Below, in pieces: positions 59,314 through 64,000 of a DNA stretch of 64,000 nucleotides (position 1 is its first letter; every line of letters starts with the position of its first letter). The DNA comes from Bifidobacteriaceae bacterium (GTDB lineage: Bacteria > Actinomycetota > Actinomycetes > Actinomycetales > Bifidobacteriaceae), in assembly GCA_022650895.1 (NCBI GenBank), contig JALCQC010000009.1:477-64476 (forward strand), read 5' to 3'. The notes under the pieces are model-generated. The model worked only from the letters and a program-made list of their open reading frames with translations. It was not told where the DNA came from and made no database searches. The position numbers and the translations under genes were made by a program.

Positions 59314-61029
59314 ATGAATAAGAACAGTGCAAACAACGTCACGAAGAAGCCACGCGCGACCACAACAAAGATCATCATCGCCGCTGTGATCGCTGTGGTT
59401 GTTGCGGCAGCGGCAACGATCACGACAGTGACCATCACACATAAGGATGCTTGGGCGGCGACGGCGCTGACAGAGAAGATCGAGAAAATCTACACCAAGG
59501 ATTACCAGAGCGATGCAGCCGCCAAAGTGGCGAAGAAGAAGGTAACCGGCACCTACACAGCAGACAACATGTTGGTATTGGAAAACCCCTACGGCACCAA
59601 CACCACCTCCCTCTACGTGTACTTCACCACCGACGAGGACACCAAGGTGACGTATACGGTCACGGCACCCGATACGAAGTACTCGGATTTCACCGCCACC
59701 GCCTACCAGGCTAAGGAATACCAGACCTCCCATGAATTCAGCGTGCTCGGGCTCATTCCGAACACGAAGAACAAGATCATCTTCACCCTCACCAACAAAG
59801 CCGGAACCTCCGTCACGAAAACCCTCACCTACACGATGGGAGCCCTGCTCGGAAGCGAAGAAATCCAAGTGAAACAGACTGCGACCAACACCTCCACCAA
59901 ACTGGGAGACGGCCTCTACGCGATTCTTGGCAACGACTCCGACGGTCAGGACTTCATGTTCTACTACGACAACAACGGCATTCTCCGCGGAGAGATCCCG
60001 ATTCTGTACTACCGCTCGCACCGCCTGCTGTTCCGCAACGACATCATGTACATGAGCGTCTCCACCCGCGACATCGTGGGCATGAACAGGCTCGGCCAGA
60101 TCGTGAAGTGGTACAGCACCGGCGACGACTACCTTCTCCACCACGATTACGGCATGGACTCCGACGGCAACCTCGTCGTGCTCGCCACGAACGTAACCAA
60201 GAACACGATTCAGGATGCCATCATCAAAATCGACGGCGACACCGGTAAGGTGACTGAGCTGGTGGACATGGGCGACCTGTACTCCTCATATAAGGACTCC
60301 ACGGAGTTCGCCACCATGGGAACCACATCGTCAAGCACCACCGATGACACCTCGCGCAACTTCGATCCCGACTCCTCCTCCACCAAGAAGGACTGGATCC
60401 ACCTCAACACCATCCAGCTGCTCGACGATGGTTCCGCCATCATCAGTTCACGCGAGACCTCCACCATCATCAAGCTCAACGATCTCGAGACGAATCCGAG
60501 CATCAATTACATGATCGGAGAATCAACCTTCTGGAGCGGAACCGACTTCTCGAAATACTTGTTGAAGAAAGACACCTCCGATGGCGACTGGCCCTCCACG
60601 GGCGGCCAGCACTCGGTGACGTACGAAACCGACGACAGTCTCGACGACGGCCAGTACTACCTCTACATGTTCAACAACAACTACGGTTCCTCGAACACCC
60701 GCTCCGACTACTCCTGGACCGACAACGTCTCCGGAATCCAAACCACCTACAAGAGCGGAACGAACTCCTACTACTACAAGTATCTCGTCGACGAAAACGC
60801 GGGGACATACAAGCTGGTGAAATCGTTCAAGGTGCCGTACTCCTCCATCGTCTCCAGCGCCCAGGAATACTCGGACGGAACCACCGTCATAGACTCGGGT
60901 ATGCAGGGAATCTGGGGCGTCTACAGCTCCGATGGCACGCTGATACAGCAGTACAAGATGAAGGTGCTGAAGAACATCATCTACCGTGTCTACAAGTACG
61001 ATTTCAAAGGGTTCTACTTCGCCAAGTAG
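59314..61029 (+). CDS. Arylsulfotransferase (ASST)-family beta-propeller protein, membrane-anchored or secreted
   Basis: N-terminal TM. NPYGTNTTSLYVYF, DWIHLNTIQ and GGQHSVTY are ASST-like motifs (from memory). Confidence 0.75.
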   Translation: MNKNSANNVTKKPRATTTKIIIAAVIAVVVAAAATITTVTITHKDAWAATALTEKIEKIYTKDYQSDAAAKVAKKKVTGTYTADNMLVLENPYGTNTTSLYVYFTTDEDTKVTYTVTAPDTKYSDFTATAYQAKEYQTSHEFSVLGLIPNTKNKIIFTLTNKAGTSVTKTLTYTMGALLGSEEIQVKQTATNTSTKLGDGLYAILGNDSDGQDFMFYYDNNGILRGEIPILYYRSHRLLFRNDIMYMSVSTRDIVGMNRLGQIVKWYSTGDDYLLHHDYGMDSDGNLVVLATNVTKNTIQDAIIKIDGDTGKVTELVDMGDLYSSYKDSTEFATMGTTSSSTTDDTSRNFDPDSSSTKKDWIHLNTIQLLDDGSAIISSRETSTIIKLNDLETNPSINYMIGESTFWSGTDFSKYLLKKDTSDGDWPSTGGQHSVTYETDDSLDDGQYYLYMFNNNYGSSNTRSDYSWTDNVSGIQTTYKSGTNSYYYKYLVDENAGTYKLVKSFKVPYSSIVSSAQEYSDGTTVIDSGMQGIWGVYSSDGTLIQQYKMKVLKNIIYRVYKYDFKGFYFAK

Positions 61030-61031
61030 GG

Positions 61032-63194
61032 TTAGCCGAACTCGGCGATCGCCTTGAGGAAATCCTCGCCGTATTCGGCACACTTTTTCGGCCCCACACC
61101 GTCGAGGTCGAGCAGCTCCTCCTCAGAAGAGGGACGCACGGCCGCCATCTGAGCAAGTACCTTGTTGGGGAAAACCATGTAGGCCGGTATTTTCTTCGCA
61201 CTCGAGAGAGAGAAACGCAGCTTCCGCAAACGTTCAAAGAGTTCGGCATCGACGGGCTGATCCTCGGAATCGCCCGCGCCGTCGGCGGAGACGCCGTTGC
61301 CAAACGCACTTCCGCCGCCATAGGTCTGCGTCTGACCGTTCCGAAGCGCGCTTCCTTTCGCTTTCGACCATGAGGAACCGTGCCGCCGCGACCCGCTGCG
61401 GGTGTCGGCCTTCATCTTCATGCTGAAGGAATCCGAGGAAACCTGCCGGTAGAGCGGCCCCAGCCCCACTGTGGGGTAACGGCCTCCACTGGAAAAGAGG
61501 TACTCACGCGAGATCAGTTGGGAAATGACGTCCCGCACGAATCGATCGTTATGATCCGACAGCGCGCCGAATTCTGCGAGCCCGGTCAGCCCAGTACTTT
61601 CCAGCTCCTGTGCACCCGAGCCGCGCAGCACTTGGACGATTTTGCTTGTTCCGAAACCGTAATCGAATTTCCGCGAGATGGCGGCAACGCAGCGGCAGAC
61701 GGTGCGCGCCTCTTCGGTGACATCAACGATGAGGGAGCCATCGGCCACGCAGTTGCTGCAGCGTCCGCACGTTCCGGTGACACCTGTGACCCCTGAAAGT
61801 TTGCGTTTTCCCCTCGGCATATCGAACGTTTCGAAGGTATCGAACGTATCCGTTTCGGCAACGTCCTCGCTTCCGGACGAGTTCTCGCTTTCGTCCGCAA
61901 CACCATCTTCGGCCGTACCGTCGTCTTCGGCCACGTTCTCGCCGAAGTACTCCAGGATCACGTTGCGCAGGCATTGGGTAGTCATGCAGTAGGCGTGCAT
62001 GGACTCCAGCAGGCTGCGGCGATGCTGCCGTACCGTCTCCAGCTCTTCGGGGGTGAGCTGATCGTTGCCACCGGTTTCGATGAAGTGGCGGCTGGTGTTG
62101 AAGTCGCCCTCCATCCACAGCAGGATGCACTGGGCCGATTTGCCATCGCGCCCGGCACGCCCGGCCTCCTGGTAGTACGCCTCGATGTTTTCGGGTGCGT
62201 TGTGGTGGATCACCCAGCGCACGTCGGGTTTGTCGATGCCCATGCCGAAGGCGTTGGTCGCCACGATGACGCGGGTCCGATCGGCGATGAAGGAGTCCTG
62301 CGCCTCCGAGCGTTCCTCTGCCGCCATGCCGCCGTGGTAGGACAGGGCGCTCACTCCGGCTCCCTGCAGCTCCTCGCACACTTCTTCGGTGGCAGCGCGC
62401 GTCGAGCAGTAGATGATTCCGGATTCCTCCGCGTGGTTGACAGCCCAGTTGACGATCCACTCCACGCGCTCGGCCTTGGAGGAGCTACGTATCACATTCC
62501 ACGTGAGGTTGGGGCGGTCGAAGGTCGTCATCACCTTGCGCGGATTTTGGAGTTGCAGACGTTCCGCGATGTCCTCGCGGGCCTTGGGAGTGGCCGTGGC
62601 GGTGAAGGCCGCGACGACTGGCCTGTGCGGCAGACGTCCGATGAATTGCGGAATCTCGAGATAGGCGGGACGGAAATCCTGTCCCCACTGCGACACGCAA
62701 TGGGCCTCGTCCACCGCCACGAAGGGCAGGGGCACCTTGTTGCAGGCGAAGTCGAGAAATCGTGGATTATTGAGGCGTTCCGGGGCGACGTACAGAATGC
62801 GGTAGCGCCCTTGGGCGGCATCCTGAAGCACCTGGAGCTCCTCATCGTAGCCCATGGAGGAATTCACGAAGGCCGCAGGAATGTGGGCACGCGACAGGCT
62901 GTCCACCTGATCCTTCATGAGGGAAATCAGAGGGGTGATGACCAGCGTGAGGCCGCGGAACATCAGTGCCGGCAACTCGTAGCAGAGCGACTTGCCCGCT
63001 CCGGTGGGAAGGACTCCCACCACGTCACGACCATCAAGGACCGCGGAGATGAGCTCTTCCTGACCGCTGCGGAACTTCTCGAATCCAAAGACATCATGCA
63101 GCGCCTGATGCATGACCGCCAGCTTTTGTTCCTCTCGGCTACGCGGCGCAGACTCTTGGCTCACAGCTTCGCTTTGCTTCTCCATCTCACCCAT
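61032..63194 (-). CDS. recQ: ATP-dependent DNA helicase RecQ with an acidic insertion
   Basis: LPTGAGKSLCY, VDEAHCVSQWGQDFRPAY, a RecQ-Ct Cys cluster and a C-terminal HRDC-like region. Confidence 0.9.
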   Translation of the reverse strand: MGEMEKQSEAVSQESAPRSREEQKLAVMHQALHDVFGFEKFRSGQEELISAVLDGRDVVGVLPTGAGKSLCYELPALMFRGLTLVITPLISLMKDQVDSLSRAHIPAAFVNSSMGYDEELQVLQDAAQGRYRILYVAPERLNNPRFLDFACNKVPLPFVAVDEAHCVSQWGQDFRPAYLEIPQFIGRLPHRPVVAAFTATATPKAREDIAERLQLQNPRKVMTTFDRPNLTWNVIRSSSKAERVEWIVNWAVNHAEESGIIYCSTRAATEEVCEELQGAGVSALSYHGGMAAEERSEAQDSFIADRTRVIVATNAFGMGIDKPDVRWVIHHNAPENIEAYYQEAGRAGRDGKSAQCILLWMEGDFNTSRHFIETGGNDQLTPEELETVRQHRRSLLESMHAYCMTTQCLRNVILEYFGENVAEDDGTAEDGVADESENSSGSEDVAETDTFDTFETFDMPRGKRKLSGVTGVTGTCGRCSNCVADGSLIVDVTEEARTVCRCVAAISRKFDYGFGTSKIVQVLRGSGAQELESTGLTGLAEFGALSDHNDRFVRDVISQLISREYLFSSGGRYPTVGLGPLYRQVSSDSFSMKMKADTRSGSRRHGSSWSKAKGSALRNGQTQTYGGGSAFGNGVSADGAGDSEDQPVDAELFERLRKLRFSLSSAKKIPAYMVFPNKVLAQMAAVRPSSEEELLDLDGVGPKKCAEYGEDFLKAIAEFG

Positions 63195-63360
63195 CGTCCA
63201 CTCTTCTCACGTGTTCTCTGAACCCATCAGTGTACTCACAAAACCAGTGTCGCAGGAAGAGGCGAAGTTAGAGGGAAACAACCTCAGGGAACACGAGAGC
63301 AGCGGCTTTCTCGACCAGCAGCCCCATGGCCAGCCCCTTATCGCGCGTTCGCCCGCCCGC

Positions 63361-64000
63361 TTACAGCACGTGGGCGAGGAAGTCCTTGAACCTGTCCTCC
63401 TTCGGGTGGTCGATGATATCGGAAGTGCCCGATTCCACCACCACGCCGCCGTCGATGAAAACGACCTGATCGGCGACCTCACGTGCGAAACCGATCTCGT
63501 GGGTGACGACGACCATGGTCATGCCGCCATCGGCCAGCGACCGCATCACGGCGAGGACCTCACCGACGAGTTCGGGGTCGAGCGCGGACGTCGGCTCGTC
63601 GAAGAGCATGATCTCGGGGCGCATGGCCAACGCGCGCGCAATCGCGACGCGCTGCTGCTGGCCGCCGGACAGCTGCGAAGGATAGTGGTCCATGCGGTCC
63701 GCCAGGCCCACGCGCTTGAGCTCGGCGATGGCACGCTCACGCGCCTCAGCCTTGTTCAGCCCCTGCACATGCACCGGGGCCTCCATGACGTTCTGCAACG
63801 CGGTCATGTGCGGGAACAGATTGAAGCGCTGGAACACCATACCCAGCTTCTCGCGCTGGCGGGCGATCTCCTTTTCATCCAGTTCCTGCAGCCGGTCCTG
63901 CCCATTGCGGGTGACATGCTTGTAGCCGATCAGCTCGCCATCGACGAGAATCTCTCCGCCCGAAAGGGTCTCCAACTGGTTGATGAGACGCAGCAGTGTC
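63361..64000 (-). CDS. Polar amino-acid ABC transporter ATP-binding protein (GlnQ-like); N-terminus beyond the window
   Basis: [40 protein letters not shown]. The Walker A region would lie past 64000. Confidence 0.85.
   Translation of the reverse strand, partial: TLLRLINQLETLSGGEILVDGELIGYKHVTRNGQDRLQELDEKEIARQREKLGMVFQRFNLFPHMTALQNVMEAPVHVQGLNKAEARERAIAELKRVGLADRMDHYPSQLSGGQQQRVAIARALAMRPEIMLFDEPTSALDPELVGEVLAVMRSLADGGMTMVVVTHEIGFAREVADQVVFIDGGVVVESGTSDIIDHPKEDRFKDFLAHVL

Noticed and set aside
1-64000. cas genes, integrase or recombinase, prophage or other defence modules
   Set aside because: I looked for them among all ORFs of at least 60 aa on both strands. None shows Cas, tyrosine/serine recombinase, phage structural or known defence-system motifs that I can recognise.

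Overview
High-GC Gram-positive chromosomal segment. It looks Bifidobacteriaceae-like, inferred only from gene content: LAxTG and LPxTG sortase substrates, a DUF624/YesL protein, and many LacI/TetR + ABC + glycoside-hydrolase loci. About 85% of the window is ordinary glycan-utilisation and transport backbone: (i) 1-8028, a secreted BNR/ricin glycosidase, GH30, a sugar ABC importer and TetR; (ii) 8.5-16.4 kb, an MFS transporter, an FtsX-type ABC system, a methyltransferase and a TPM-domain membrane protein; (iii) 23.8-33.9 kb, an LAxTG-anchored beta-propeller GH, an SDR, a heterodimeric ABC exporter and GH94 cellobiose phosphorylase; (iv) 34.1-50.7 kb, an acetyl-(galacto/gluco)mannan locus with two GH26, GH36, GH2 beta-mannosidase, LacI, an ABC importer and two acetylesterases; (v) 50.9-64 kb, a 2339-aa LPxTG adhesin, an arylsulfotransferase-family protein, RecQ and an amino-acid ABC ATPase. 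The unusual part is 16.4-23.9 kb. It holds a 42-repeat type I-E-like CRISPR array (20352-22882, transcribed on the - strand) with no cas gene anywhere in the 64 kb. The array repeats fall into three strictly ordered alleles, and the PAM-derived 29th repeat position switches identity part-way through. Beyond the trailer lies a ~3 kb trail of fossil repeats that still keep the ~61-bp phase. These fossils are interleaved with small genes, an ISL3 transposase relic, and a pair of 150-bp inverted repeats. Each inverted-repeat copy has its own -10 box and intrinsic terminator, so they may be convergent sRNA genes. I found no rRNA, no intact tRNA, no integrase or recombinase, and no intact transposase. 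Functional calls rest on motif recognition from memory, not on database searches.
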